Source: Longicatena sp. (lineage in GTDB: Bacteria; Bacillota_I; Bacilli_A; Erysipelotrichales; Erysipelotrichaceae). Taken from it: DNA of 55,755 bases. Where the stretch lies: contig JARHZK010000191.1 of the NCBI GenBank assembly GCA_029258245.1, forward strand, positions 1-55,755, in the 5' to 3' direction. The notes beneath the pieces are model-generated. The model was not told where the DNA came from and did not search any database. It saw nothing but the letters and a program-made list of their open reading frames with translations. The translations under genes and the position numbers were made by a program. Positions 46,771 through 55,755 of this stretch are shown piece after piece; positions within the stretch are counted from its first letter, which is position 1, and each line of letters begins with the position of its first letter.

Positions 46771-47907
46771 TTAATTTCCAACATGGATGAAAACAGGTCC
46801 AGATCCAACATATGCAGAGCTTACGACAGTGTTTCCTTGCCATCCACCATGAACAGCTTGTCCATTTCCAACATAAACTGCAATATGAGGCATTCCAGCT
46901 CCAGCATCGTCATAGTAAATCAAATCACCAACTTGTGGAGACCCTGTAATTGACCCTAGGGACTTGTATTCCCATGGCCAACCATGGAAATAGATACCTT
47001 GTGAAGCTAATGCATTAGAAGCAAGCATTGTGCAGTCTTGACTGACACCAACTTGTGATAGTGCTGCATCTGCAATACCATTATTGCTGTTAACATTATA
47101 TTTTTTTCCATAATAATTCTGAGAAGGATTGTAATCAGAACCATACTCGTTTATTTCTACTTCTTTTTCTTTAATTTTAGTAGCGATTCCATCTTCATCA
47201 AAAGAATATCCATCATGTTCAGTATCTGTTAATGCCTGACCTTTACGATTGAAGAAATATTTGTCACCATCAATTGTTTTCCATCCTTTTGTAAGGCGTC
47301 CAGATTGATAATAATATTTTTCTCCATCTTTTTTAGCCCATCCATTTTTCAAAGATCCGTCTTTATTAAAGAAGATAGTTTTTCCATTGATTTTTACTTT
47401 AGATGTTGCCATTGATCCATCTTTTGTTAAATATACTTTTTTGTTGTTGATTTTAACCCAACCAGTTTGTTTAACACCTTGGTCGTTAAAATAATAAGTT
47501 TTTCCATCAATTTTTTGTTTTCCAGTAAGTCTAACGCCATATTGATCGTAATATGTTGTATTGTCATCTTGCCAACCTAATAATAATTTTCCATTTTTTT
47601 GGAAAGTATAACGATACCCATTAATAACTACATTTCCACTAACACGTTCTCCATTTGCGTTAAAATAATATGTATTATTGTCAATTGTACGCCATCCTTT
47701 AACAGGAGTACCCTCTGAATCTAAGTAATAAACTTCTCCAGTTTCTTCAAATAACCAAGATGTTTTTACTTTACCATCGACTAAATAAACACCATTGTGC
47801 CATCCATCTGTATTTGAAGCTGCATATACTGTAGTAACTGCAGAAACGGCAGTAGCAATTCCCAATATCAATGCAACTTTTTTTGTGTTTTTTTCAATAA
47901 AGTTCAT
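46771..47907 (-). CDS. Secreted cell-wall hydrolase: cell-wall-binding repeats plus a C-terminal NlpC/P60 domain
   Basis: A signal peptide, then about 8 copies of a 20-aa repeat of the GW..xDGKxYYFxxxG type (choline/glucan-binding CW_binding_1-like). The C-terminal region ...DCTMLASNAL...GDLIYYDD...PHIAVYVGNGQAVHGG carries the NlpC/P60 Cys and His. Confidence 0.85.
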   Translation of the reverse strand: MNFIEKNTKKVALILGIATAVSAVTTVYAASNTDGWHNGVYLVDGKVKTSWLFEETGEVYYLDSEGTPVKGWRTIDNNTYYFNANGERVSGNVVINGYRYTFQKNGKLLLGWQDDNTTYYDQYGVRLTGKQKIDGKTYYFNDQGVKQTGWVKINNKKVYLTKDGSMATSKVKINGKTIFFNKDGSLKNGWAKKDGEKYYYQSGRLTKGWKTIDGDKYFFNRKGQALTDTEHDGYSFDEDGIATKIKEKEVEINEYGSDYNPSQNYYGKKYNVNSNNGIADAALSQVGVSQDCTMLASNALASQGIYFHGWPWEYKSLGSITGSPQVGDLIYYDDAGAGMPHIAVYVGNGQAVHGGWQGNTVVSSAYVGSGPVFIHVGN

Positions 47908-48081
47908 GTTATCACCTCGACATCAACGGCATCATTGTAACAAACTGTTTTTGATAGTGCAACCGATTTTTCTTATTTTTTTTGATATTTACTTTAAATT
48001 TTCAAAAGTTAAAGTCAAAATTATTGCTTATTATAGGCATTTTTTTAAGTTTTAATGAAGTTTAAAAAAATTTAATAAAAT

Positions 48082-49962
48082 TTAAGAATTTTTTTTGATT
48101 TCAGTGTTTTTATTAAACCAATAGATACTTCCATCGGTATTTGGATTTCCAGTAATCGGATCTACTTTAACTTCAATAAGTTGATTGCTTGGCTGATACC
48201 AAATGGATGGTTTAGTTTTATATAAATCATTAAAAGTAGTACAGAAAATTTCTTTTGCATAATGATAATAATTAGCATCTAAATGGCGATTATCATCAAA
48301 TCCTACCCAAACTCCGACAACATATTCAGGAGTATATCCTATTTCAAGGGAGTCCCAATTACTAGTTCCAGTTTTTACTGAAACTTTAGGGTTACAGTGA
48401 TATCCATACATAGATGGAAATGTATGTCCTGCATTTTTGTTGTCAAATGGACTAGTTAACATCTGTGATAATATGAGTGTATTATCACGAGAACAGAGTT
48501 GTTTAGGAGATGATTGGTGTTTATATATTATTTTATCATTACTTCTAACAGAAGAAATAAAAGACGGTTTTTGATATAAACCTTCAGAAGCGAAAGTAGT
48601 GTAGATGCGAGATAGTTCTAGTAAACTCATTGGAATGGAACCTAATGCATCACTAGGTAAAGGATTATTCACAGGAATATCAAATTTTTGTAATGCATCA
48701 TGAAGTGTTTGAATGCCTAAAAACAGATGTGTTTTAACTGCATATATATTATCACTTGTAGCGATTGCATGAATCATAGAGATGTTTTTGTTTGCATAAT
48801 TGTCATTATAGTTTGTTGGTGAGTATGTTTCATTATTTGCTAATTGAAAGCTTGTTTTTTGTGATAAAAATTGAGTGGATGGAGAAAATCCATTTTCTAA
48901 TGCACAATAATACAATAACGGTTTAATAGTACTTGCAACTTGTCGTTTTGAAAGTATAGCGCGATTATATTGGGAAAGAGTATAATCTTTTCCACCAGCA
49001 ATTGCTAATACATTGCTAGAAAAAGGTTGAACAATAATAGCTGCACATTCTAATTCATGATCTAAAGAGATATTGCTTTTAATTGAATTATCTAAAATGG
49101 ATTGCACACTAGAATTATAGTTTGTGTGAATTTCAAGAGGTTGATTCATATCTATGCTAAGTGAATCAAGTTCAGAAAGAACAGCATCAATATAATAACC
49201 GTTGATAGAAGGAGATTGACGAATATCAGAAGATAGATTTAATTGAAAATTTAGAGCTTCTTGTTTTTCTTGTTTTGAAATTAAATTATTTTTTTCCATA
49301 CATGATAAAATAAGCGATTGTCTATTTTTTGCATGATGTTCATTAATAAGTGGTGAATAAAGTGATGGTCCATTGGGAATACCAACAAGCATTGCAATTT
49401 CTGCATTATTTAAATCTTTCATTTCTTTATCAAAGAAAAAATGACTTGCAGAATTAATTCCATAAACACCATGTCCAAAATAGACAGTATTCAAATATCC
49501 TTCTAAAATGGTTGATTTATCATAGTGCATTTCTAATTGTGTAGAATAAATGAATTCTTTGATTTTTCTAGAAATAGATTGTTCATTTGTTAAAAAAAGA
49601 TTTTTTGCATATTGTTGTGTTATTGTTGATCCACCTTGTATTATTTTTCCATGAATTAAGTTAGTTAATCCTGATTTAAGAATTCGTATTGGATTAAAAC
49701 CAGGATGATAAAAAAAATGTTTATCTTCAACACATAAAAAAGTATCTTGTATTTTTTTTGGAATTTGATCTAAGGAAGTCCATTTCATTGCATGTTTGAA
49801 ATTTGACTCGTACATTACGGATTCATTAGCATCATAAATAGTGATATTATTTTTTTTTGCATATAAATCTACTGGAGCAAAAAAAGCATATAAATAAATA
49901 CTTAATAATAAAGTAATAATACTAAATGATAGAATTGCTAAAATGTTCCTGAATATTTTCAT
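48082..49962 (-). CDS. Class A penicillin-binding protein (glycosyltransferase GT51 plus transpeptidase)
   Basis: GT51 motifs EDKHFFYHPGFNP, GGSTITQQYAKN and RKIKE. Transpeptidase motifs STIKP (SxxK), SDN and KTGTS. The ATG at 49962 follows GGAGGT. Confidence 0.88.
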   Translation of the reverse strand: MKIFRNILAILSFSIITLLLSIYLYAFFAPVDLYAKKNNITIYDANESVMYESNFKHAMKWTSLDQIPKKIQDTFLCVEDKHFFYHPGFNPIRILKSGLTNLIHGKIIQGGSTITQQYAKNLFLTNEQSISRKIKEFIYSTQLEMHYDKSTILEGYLNTVYFGHGVYGINSASHFFFDKEMKDLNNAEIAMLVGIPNGPSLYSPLINEHHAKNRQSLILSCMEKNNLISKQEKQEALNFQLNLSSDIRQSPSINGYYIDAVLSELDSLSIDMNQPLEIHTNYNSSVQSILDNSIKSNISLDHELECAAIIVQPFSSNVLAIAGGKDYTLSQYNRAILSKRQVASTIKPLLYYCALENGFSPSTQFLSQKTSFQLANNETYSPTNYNDNYANKNISMIHAIATSDNIYAVKTHLFLGIQTLHDALQKFDIPVNNPLPSDALGSIPMSLLELSRIYTTFASEGLYQKPSFISSVRSNDKIIYKHQSSPKQLCSRDNTLILSQMLTSPFDNKNAGHTFPSMYGYHCNPKVSVKTGTSNWDSLEIGYTPEYVVGVWVGFDDNRHLDANYYHYAKEIFCTTFNDLYKTKPSIWYQPSNQLIEVKVDPITGNPNTDGSIYWFNKNTEIKKNS

Positions 49963-50221
49963 ATGATTACCTCCAATATTATTAGTGTTAACATGAATAA
50001 TAAATTTAAACATTTTTCAAATATAAATAATATTATATTAATCTAATATTATAAAATTAGAATATGATTTAGATTTTATAAAATATATATGTAATTTAAT
50101 ATTTATTGCATGTGTTATATTTTATATAATTATAATATAAAATTATAATATTATATTTTTATATTATATTAATAGATATTATAAAATAATTGTTATATGA
50201 ATAATTTTTTATTTTAAATTA

Positions 50222-50292
50222 CTATATATAATATAAGGAAGAGTTTTATAAAAAAATTTAAGCATAAGTTTATGCTATATATAATATAAGGA
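50222..50292. repeat. 18-bp perfect direct repeat CTATATATAATATAAGGA x2 in an extremely AT-rich intergenic region
   Basis: Copies at 50222-50239 and 50275-50292, 53 bp apart. They lie within the roughly 500-bp spacer 50014-50519 between the divergent PBP and DUF1934-argS genes. Confidence 0.6.
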
Positions 50293-50487
50293 TAGAAAAA
50301 TATAAATTATTTTTAATTTTATTAAAATTATTTAATTAATAAAAAATATAATCTATCAATATATATATTATAAAAATAGAATATATAAAAGTGGAATAAT
50401 ATTCAAAAAGTAGAATAAATTATAAGATGAAAAATATATATAGATTATATTCAATATAAAAATGTTTCATATAATGTAAAAAAATAC

Positions 50488-50515
50488 TTGCACCTTATAC
50501 TTTTTCTGCTATAAT
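50488..50515 (+). promoter_or_regulatory. Putative sigma-A promoter of the DUF1934-argS operon
   Basis: TTGCAC (50488-50493), a 16-nt spacer, then TATAAT (50510-50515). Confidence 0.55.
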
Positions 50516-50537
50516 TCACATGATAAGTGGTGAGAAA

Positions 50538-50930
50538 ATGAAAAGGTTATTGGAAGTTAAACAAACGCAATTAGAGGCTAAAATAAGAAATATTTTATTT
50601 CGAGGATATGTTGAAGTACCAATAATAGTGGATGAAATCACTTTGAAATATCTTGAAAACGATGGAATTACAACAGTGCATTTAAAAGCTGATCAACATG
50701 GTTTGAGTATTCGTAGATCAGGTGAAATGATTACAAGCCTAGTTTTTCAAGAGAATAAAAAAACAAAAGGATCAGTAGAGTCAAAATATGGAACGATTTC
50801 ATTTGATGTTTTTACGCATAAATATATTAAAAAAGAAAATATTATTGCTGTAGAATACGATATTCTAGTGAATGATGAAATCACAGATAGTTTTCGTTTA
50901 ATATGCACATTAAAGGAGGGGTTAGCATGA
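50538..50930 (+). CDS. DUF1934-family protein (YwiB-like)
   Basis: About 130 aa, beta-rich, translationally coupled (ATGA) to argS, as ywiB-argS is in Bacilli. The ATG at 50538 follows GGTGAG. Confidence 0.65.
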   Translation: MKRLLEVKQTQLEAKIRNILFRGYVEVPIIVDEITLKYLENDGITTVHLKADQHGLSIRRSGEMITSLVFQENKKTKGSVESKYGTISFDVFTHKYIKKENIIAVEYDILVNDEITDSFRLICTLKEGLA

Positions 50931-52570
50931 ATCAAATTGAAATAAACTTAAAACAAGCATTAATTGATGCAGCGAAAGTAGCATTTGACGTAGAATTGGT
51001 TTTAAATGATGTTGTAATTGAGATTCCTAAGGACAAAAGTCATGGTGATTATTCAACAAATTTGGCGATGCAATTGACACGTACATTAAAACGAAATCCA
51101 CGTATGATTGCGGAGGAAATTTTAAATGCATTAAACTATGAAAATGCCGCAATTGAAAATTGTGAAATTGCAGGACCTGGTTTTTTAAATTTTAAAATAA
51201 AAAATACATCTCTTGCACAAGTCATCACTAAAGTATTATCTGAAGGTGAAAATTATGGTCATAATGAATCTGGCAATCATGAAAAAGTAAACGTAGAATA
51301 TGTATCTGCAAATCCAACAGGTGATTTACACTTGGGGCATGCAAGAGGTGCCGCTTGGGGAGATAGTATTACACGTTTAATGAAAGCTAGTGGTTATGAT
51401 GTTACACGTGAATATTATGTAAATGATGCAGGAAATCAAATTATTAATTTGGGAAAATCTTTACAAGCAAGATATCGTGAATATTTAGGATTATCCTTTG
51501 TTTTACCAGAAGATGGATATCATGGACCAGATGTTAAAAATATTGCAATTGAATTAGCAAAAGAATATAAAGAACAATATGCTGAAGAGACACCTGAAAA
51601 TTTAAAATTCTTTAAAGAAAAAGGAATTGAGTTTGAGTTAAATAAAATTAAACGAGATTTAGATTATTTTCGAGTACATTTTGATGTATGGAGTAGTGAG
51701 CAAAAAATTCGTGATGACGGTAAGGTAGAAATTGCTTTAGATGTATTGGCAGAAAAAGGTTTAACTTATGAGAGCGATGGGGCATTATGGTTTAAAACAA
51801 CAAAGTTTGGTGATGATAAAGACCGTGTATTAAGAAAATCAGATGGTTCTTATACATATCTTGTGCCAGATATTGCATATCATAAAGACAAGTTAGATCG
51901 TGGTTATGATTTACTTGTTGATTTACTTGGTGCTGATCATCATGGATATATCCCAAGATTAAAAGCAAGTATTCAAGCTTTAGGAAACAATCCAGATAAA
52001 TTACAAGTGGATATTATTCAAATGGTTCGTTTGGTTGAGAATGGTGAAGAAGTTAAGATGAGTAAGCGTCTTGGAAATGCCGTTACAATTCGTGAATTAT
52101 GTGAAGAAGTAGGCGTTGATGCAGTTCGTTATTTCTTTGTGCAACGCGCTGTTGATACTCACTTTGATTTTGATTTAGCGTTAGCTAGAAAACAAAGTAA
52201 CGATAATCCTGTGTATTATGCACAATATGCGCATGCTCGTATTTGTTCAATTTTACGTCAAGCACCAGATTTTAAAGAGGCGACAAATTATGAGTTGTTA
52301 ACACATGAAAAAGAAATTTCATTAATGAAATATATTAATGAATTTACAAATGTAGTAAGTGATGCGGCAAAAACACGTGCACCTCATAAAGTTTGTAATT
52401 ATATTCAAAAACTTGCACAGCATTTCCATAGTTTTTATAATGCATGTAAAGTTATTGATACTGACAATGAGGAACTATCCGCACAACGATTAGCATTATT
52501 AAAAGCAACAAGAATAACATTAAAAAATGCACTATACTTAATTGGTGTAGATGCTATAGAGAAAATGTAG
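50927..52570 (+). CDS. argS: Arginine--tRNA ligase
   Basis: HGDYSTNLAMQL, the class I HIGH motif ANPTGDLHLGHARG, the MSKRLGN KMSK-type motif, and a DALR anticodon-binding C-terminus. The ATG at 50927 follows AAGGAGGGG. Confidence 0.93.
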   Translation: MNQIEINLKQALIDAAKVAFDVELVLNDVVIEIPKDKSHGDYSTNLAMQLTRTLKRNPRMIAEEILNALNYENAAIENCEIAGPGFLNFKIKNTSLAQVITKVLSEGENYGHNESGNHEKVNVEYVSANPTGDLHLGHARGAAWGDSITRLMKASGYDVTREYYVNDAGNQIINLGKSLQARYREYLGLSFVLPEDGYHGPDVKNIAIELAKEYKEQYAEETPENLKFFKEKGIEFELNKIKRDLDYFRVHFDVWSSEQKIRDDGKVEIALDVLAEKGLTYESDGALWFKTTKFGDDKDRVLRKSDGSYTYLVPDIAYHKDKLDRGYDLLVDLLGADHHGYIPRLKASIQALGNNPDKLQVDIIQMVRLVENGEEVKMSKRLGNAVTIRELCEEVGVDAVRYFFVQRAVDTHFDFDLALARKQSNDNPVYYAQYAHARICSILRQAPDFKEATNYELLTHEKEISLMKYINEFTNVVSDAAKTRAPHKVCNYIQKLAQHFHSFYNACKVIDTDNEELSAQRLALLKATRITLKNALYLIGVDAIEKM

Positions 52571-52588
52571 GAGGATTAACCATTTACT

Positions 52589-52915
52589 ATGAAAAGAGCA
52601 ATGATTGATATAGCCTTCGATAGTTTAAAAACAAAACATAAGGCTGTTGTATTTATAAATTTGTGGAATGAAGTATGTGAGGTAGCAGGATTTACACAAG
52701 CACAAGCAGAAGATAATATTGCACAATTTTATAGCGATTTGTCATTAGATGATCGTTTTGTATGTATTGAAGGAAATCAATGGGATTTACGTGAACGTCA
52801 TACGTATAATGAAGTTGTTATTGATACTGAAGAGATATTGATTGATGAGGAAAATGATGACGATGACTACGAACATGAGTCTTCATCAAAAAAAGAGAAA
52901 AGTGAAGATTATTAA
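52589..52915 (+). CDS. rpoE: DNA-directed RNA polymerase delta subunit
   Basis: An N-terminal HARE-HTH-like domain (MIDIAFDSLK...FYSDLSLDDRFVCIEGNQWDLRERH) followed by a highly acidic tail (DEENDDDDYEHE). Confidence 0.8.
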   Translation: MKRAMIDIAFDSLKTKHKAVVFINLWNEVCEVAGFTQAQAEDNIAQFYSDLSLDDRFVCIEGNQWDLRERHTYNEVVIDTEEILIDEENDDDDYEHESSSKKEKSEDY

Positions 52916-52942
52916 AAAGCATGAATTATTATGCTTTTTTTA
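52914..52942 (+). terminator. Intrinsic terminator of rpoE
   Basis: AAAGCAT-GAATTATT-ATGCTTT followed by T-run. Confidence 0.75.
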
Positions 52943-53024
52943 ATTATATAGGATTAAAGCTTTTCAAAATGTTAAAAATGAAGTAAAATAGTAATGTAAA
53001 TTTATTATTAAGGAGGAATTTAAT

Positions 53025-53897
53025 ATGGCATTAGTTTCTGCAACAGAAATGATTAACAAAGCTCATGAAGGGCATTATGCAATTGGTGCTTTTAACATTA
53101 ACAACATGGAATGGATTAAAGCAATCCTTTTAGGATGTGAAGCTAAAAAAGCTCCAGTTATGTTGGGAGTATCAGAAGGTGCTGCGAAATACATGTGTGG
53201 ATTTGATAACGTAGTAGCAATGGTTAAAGGAATTCATGATTCTTTAGGAATTACAGTTCCAGTTGCTTTACACTTAGATCACGGTTCATATGAAGGTGCT
53301 AAAGCTGCAATCGCTGCAGGATTTACATCAGTTATGTTCGATGGTTCACACTATCCATTTGAAGAAAACTTAGCAAAATCTAAAGAAATGATCGAATTAG
53401 CTCATTCTAAAGGACTATCAATCGAATGTGAAGTTGGTGGAATCGGCGGTGAAGAAGATGGTGTTGTATCTGCTGGTGAATTAGCTGATCCAGAAGAATG
53501 TAAAACAATCGCAGATTTAGGAGTTGATTTCTTAGCTGCAGGTATTGGTAATATTCATGGAAAATACCCTGAAAACTGGGCTGGATTAAGTTTTGATCGT
53601 TTAGCTGAAATCAAAGCTTCTACAAATGGTAAACCATTAGTATTACATGGTGGTTCAGGAATTCCTGAAGAACAAGTTAAAAAAGCTATCAATTTAGGTG
53701 TTTCTAAAGTTAATGTAAATACTGAATTACAGTTAGAATTCGCTGCTGCAACTCGTAAATACATTGAAGCTGGAAAAGATCAAGAAGGAAAAGGATACGA
53801 TCCTCGTAAACTTTTAAAAGCTGGTACAGATGCAATCCAAGCTAAAGTAGAAGATATGGTTGAAAACTACTTTGGATGTGCAGGTAAAGCTGAATAA
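53025..53897 (+). CDS. fba: Class II fructose-bisphosphate aldolase
   Basis: YAIGAFNINNMEW, LHLDHG, MFDGSH, GNIHGKY and VLHGGSG motifs. Confidence 0.93.
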   Translation: MALVSATEMINKAHEGHYAIGAFNINNMEWIKAILLGCEAKKAPVMLGVSEGAAKYMCGFDNVVAMVKGIHDSLGITVPVALHLDHGSYEGAKAAIAAGFTSVMFDGSHYPFEENLAKSKEMIELAHSKGLSIECEVGGIGGEEDGVVSAGELADPEECKTIADLGVDFLAAGIGNIHGKYPENWAGLSFDRLAEIKASTNGKPLVLHGGSGIPEEQVKKAINLGVSKVNVNTELQLEFAAATRKYIEAGKDQEGKGYDPRKLLKAGTDAIQAKVEDMVENYFGCAGKAE

Positions 53898-53911
53898 TTC
53901 GACTTTAATTG

Positions 53912-53947
53912 AAAAGCGTACTCTTGTTGAGTTGCGCTTTTTTTTTA
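53912..53947 (+). terminator. Intrinsic terminator of fba
   Basis: AAAGCGTACTC-TTGTT-GAGTTGCGCTTT followed by T-run. Confidence 0.8.
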
Positions 53948-54034
53948 ATATTTTCAAGGTTTCAAGCATAAACTTAAGAAGCAATATACAACATTTACTA
54001 AATATGTAGTATAATGTTTTTGTGAGGTTGTAAG

Positions 54035-54337
54035 ATGAAGATACATATTTGTGAATGTTGTAAAACACCAATACGCTTAAGATTTATAAAAGGAAATGTA
54101 CATATCGAGTGTCCATCGTGTCATCAAAAATATCAATTTGATGACAAAAGTATAAAAAAATATGTGTTAATACCACTATTGTCAGTAGGAATGGCAGTAG
54201 GCACTAGTTTAGCATTTTTGCAGAAAAGAACCATCGATATAAAATTTATATATATTATAGGGGTGTCTTTTATAACTGCATCGCTATTGGAATGGATATT
54301 AGTGAAAGTAGGTTTTTTGAAATATGAAAAGAGTTAA
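54035..54337 (+). CDS. Small zinc-ribbon membrane protein (hypothetical)
   Basis: An N-terminal CECC...CPSC four-Cys ribbon followed by two predicted TM helices. Confidence 0.45.
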   Translation: MKIHICECCKTPIRLRFIKGNVHIECPSCHQKYQFDDKSIKKYVLIPLLSVGMAVGTSLAFLQKRTIDIKFIYIIGVSFITASLLEWILVKVGFLKYEKS

Positions 54338-54341
54338 TAAA

Positions 54342-55755
54342 ATGAAAGAGTCTATAAAATATCAAAATAACGAATTAAAAAATTATAGATTCATGAAAAA
54401 AGAGGATTATAAAGATCGAATTTTAGCTTTTATGGTAGACTTGATTGTAATGATTTCACCAATGATGCTATGGGATATCGTTATGTTGGCAGTATTAGGA
54501 AGTCTATTAAGCTTTACGGGATTGAAAATTTTTAATGTTATCGTAGTTTTCATGTTGGTTTATTCAATATTTTTCTTAAATAATGCGATTTACCCATATA
54601 CCGACGGGCAAAGTTTTGGAATGAATTTTTTTAATTTTAAAGTTATTAAAAAAAATGGTAAAAAAGCAAATAAGAAACAAATTAATACTCGATATATGAT
54701 TGGAGTTGCTATCCCTTTTGTAATATTAATGTACTTTACTTCTATCTTTGGAATATTACTATATTGGGGATTGAATAGTATAGTTTTTTTGTTGGATAAG
54801 AAACATCGTTCTATCATTGATTTTATTACAAGAACTTATGTGGTTAGAGTAATAGAATATAAAAAAACTGTGAGTGTCAAACCATCCATAGAACAAACTA
54901 AAAAATCTACTTTACATGAGGTACCAAGTTTAAATCAAATTGATTTGCATATTCATTCTACTTTTAGTAATAAAGGAACTAATGATGTTGAGGAAATTTT
55001 CCAATTAGCGAAACGAAATGGTTTAAAAGCTATTTCTATCACAGATTTGAATACAGTAAAAGCAAATACAATAGCTTTGCATATGAGTGAATTATATGGA
55101 GTTCAATATATTAGTGGTGTTGAAATATGTGCACAATTTGAAAATCAAGTCGTAAATGTATTAGGGTATTTTATTGATCCTAAGAATGAATTGTATAGAA
55201 CAATTGAAAATGATTTTATAAAAATGCAAAAGAAAGTAAGTATAAAACGAGTTGCATTATTTGAAAAAGAATTAAATACGCATATTGATATTAATCAATT
55301 ATTATCCGATAATAGATTCCAACAAATTACTCCGGAAATGTTAGCTGCTCATGTATTGAATCATCCAAAATATAATGATAATGAATTATTAAAACCATAT
55401 CGAAATGAAAATTGTAAAAGACCAGTACATGAACTAGTAAATGATTATTTTGTAAAGGGAAAATCATGTTATGTACCAATGACATACCCTTTGTTACAAG
55501 ATGTTATAGATGTAATAAAATTAAGTAAAGGTGTTGTTGTTTTAGCTAATCCATATGATTTTATGCATAATCATAATTCATCATTTGAAAAAGCATTGGC
55601 TTTAGGGGTTGAAGGACTTGAAGTATTCCGTTGTGATTATACGGATCAAGAGATGGTAGAATTAATGAAAGTAGCAAAAGAAAATAAATTATTTGTAACA
55701 TGTGGCAGTGATTTCTATAATGATAAATATGGAAATACGATTGGAAATTGTAATT
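54342..55755 (+). CDS. RDD-family membrane domain fused to a PHP (polymerase/histidinol-phosphatase) domain; 3' end lies outside the window
   Basis: Not in the ORF track. Hand translation from the ATG at 54342 gives an uninterrupted frame to the window end (more than 470 codons). The N-terminus (KDRILAFMVDLIV...RSIIDFITRTYVV) looks like an RDD domain with 3 TM helices. From about residue 195 come the PHP motifs IDLHIHSTFS, AISITDLN, GVEI and CGSDFY. Confidence 0.7.
   Translation, partial: MKESIKYQNNELKNYRFMKKEDYKDRILAFMVDLIVMISPMMLWDIVMLAVLGSLLSFTGLKIFNVIVVFMLVYSIFFLNNAIYPYTDGQSFGMNFFNFKVIKKNGKKANKKQINTRYMIGVAIPFVILMYFTSIFGILLYWGLNSIVFLLDKKHRSIIDFITRTYVVRVIEYKKTVSVKPSIEQTKKSTLHEVPSLNQIDLHIHSTFSNKGTNDVEEIFQLAKRNGLKAISITDLNTVKANTIALHMSELYGVQYISGVEICAQFENQVVNVLGYFIDPKNELYRTIENDFIKMQKKVSIKRVALFEKELNTHIDINQLLSDNRFQQITPEMLAAHVLNHPKYNDNELLKPYRNENCKRPVHELVNDYFVKGKSCYVPMTYPLLQDVIDVIKLSKGVVVLANPYDFMHNHNSSFEKALALGVEGLEVFRCDYTDQEMVELMKVAKENKLFVTCGSDFYNDKYGNTIGNCN

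Noticed and set aside
50014-50519. AT-rich spacer considered as oriC or as a CRISPR-like or other repeat array
   Set aside because: It has no DnaA-box matches. It has no regular repeat-spacer periodicity, only one 18-bp duplicate. No cas or replication genes are adjacent.
50440-50537. Possible T-box leader upstream of argS
   Set aside because: The promoter at 50488-50515 sits only about 20 nt before the DUF1934 start. There is no room for a T-box of 200 nt or more, and I saw no specifier or T-box sequence.
51400-51415. parS-like sequence TGTTACACGTGAATAT inside argS
   Set aside because: The left half matches the TGTTNCACGTGAAACA consensus, but the right half has three mismatches. That is probably a chance match within coding sequence.
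1-55755. Alternative genetic code (TGA=Trp, or TAA reassignment suggested by the 11866-12474 ORF)
   Set aside because: Long conserved genes translate to full length with the standard code. TAA, TAG and TGA are all used as terminal stops (for example TGA at ftsX-1 and the DUF1934 gene). No in-frame TGA appears in housekeeping genes.

Overview
AT-rich chromosomal segment from a low-GC, spore-forming Gram-positive bacterium (Bacillota; the exact taxon cannot be determined from the sequence alone). It uses the standard bacterial genetic code. Most of the window is densely packed housekeeping genes. These include the groEL 3' end, rnmV-rsmA-ispE, yabP-yabQ-divIC, gpmI, rarA, ispF, perR-rubrerythrin, luxS, an ftsEX/M23 cluster and purD-fhs behind a guanine riboswitch. 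They also include murA, the origin-proximal rsmG-noc-soj-spo0J partition locus, map-dtd-folD-ychF-darA, cell-wall genes (FemAB, NlpC/P60, class A PBP, 3D-domain lipoprotein) and argS-rpoE-fba. I found no rRNA genes, tRNA genes, CRISPR arrays or intact mobile elements. One IS3-family element is present but decayed. The most notable unexplained feature is a roughly 600-nt ORF-free, purine-rich transcription unit at 33336-33967. It has its own promoter, a strong terminator and GNRA-capped hairpins, and I propose it is a large structured or regulatory ncRNA. The second is a compact antisense-oriented small RNA candidate with a C-rich loop at 15363-15496, next to perR-rbr. Other items worth a look: a divergent HNH nuclease / AT-hook protein pair whose N-terminal Cys-Cys domain has a paralog upstream of luxS; a duplicated ftsX around an M23 peptidase; an RDD-PHP fusion ORF missing from the ORF track because it runs off the window; and an ORF interrupted by two in-frame TAA codons. 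All functional calls rest on motif recognition by eye. No database search was run.
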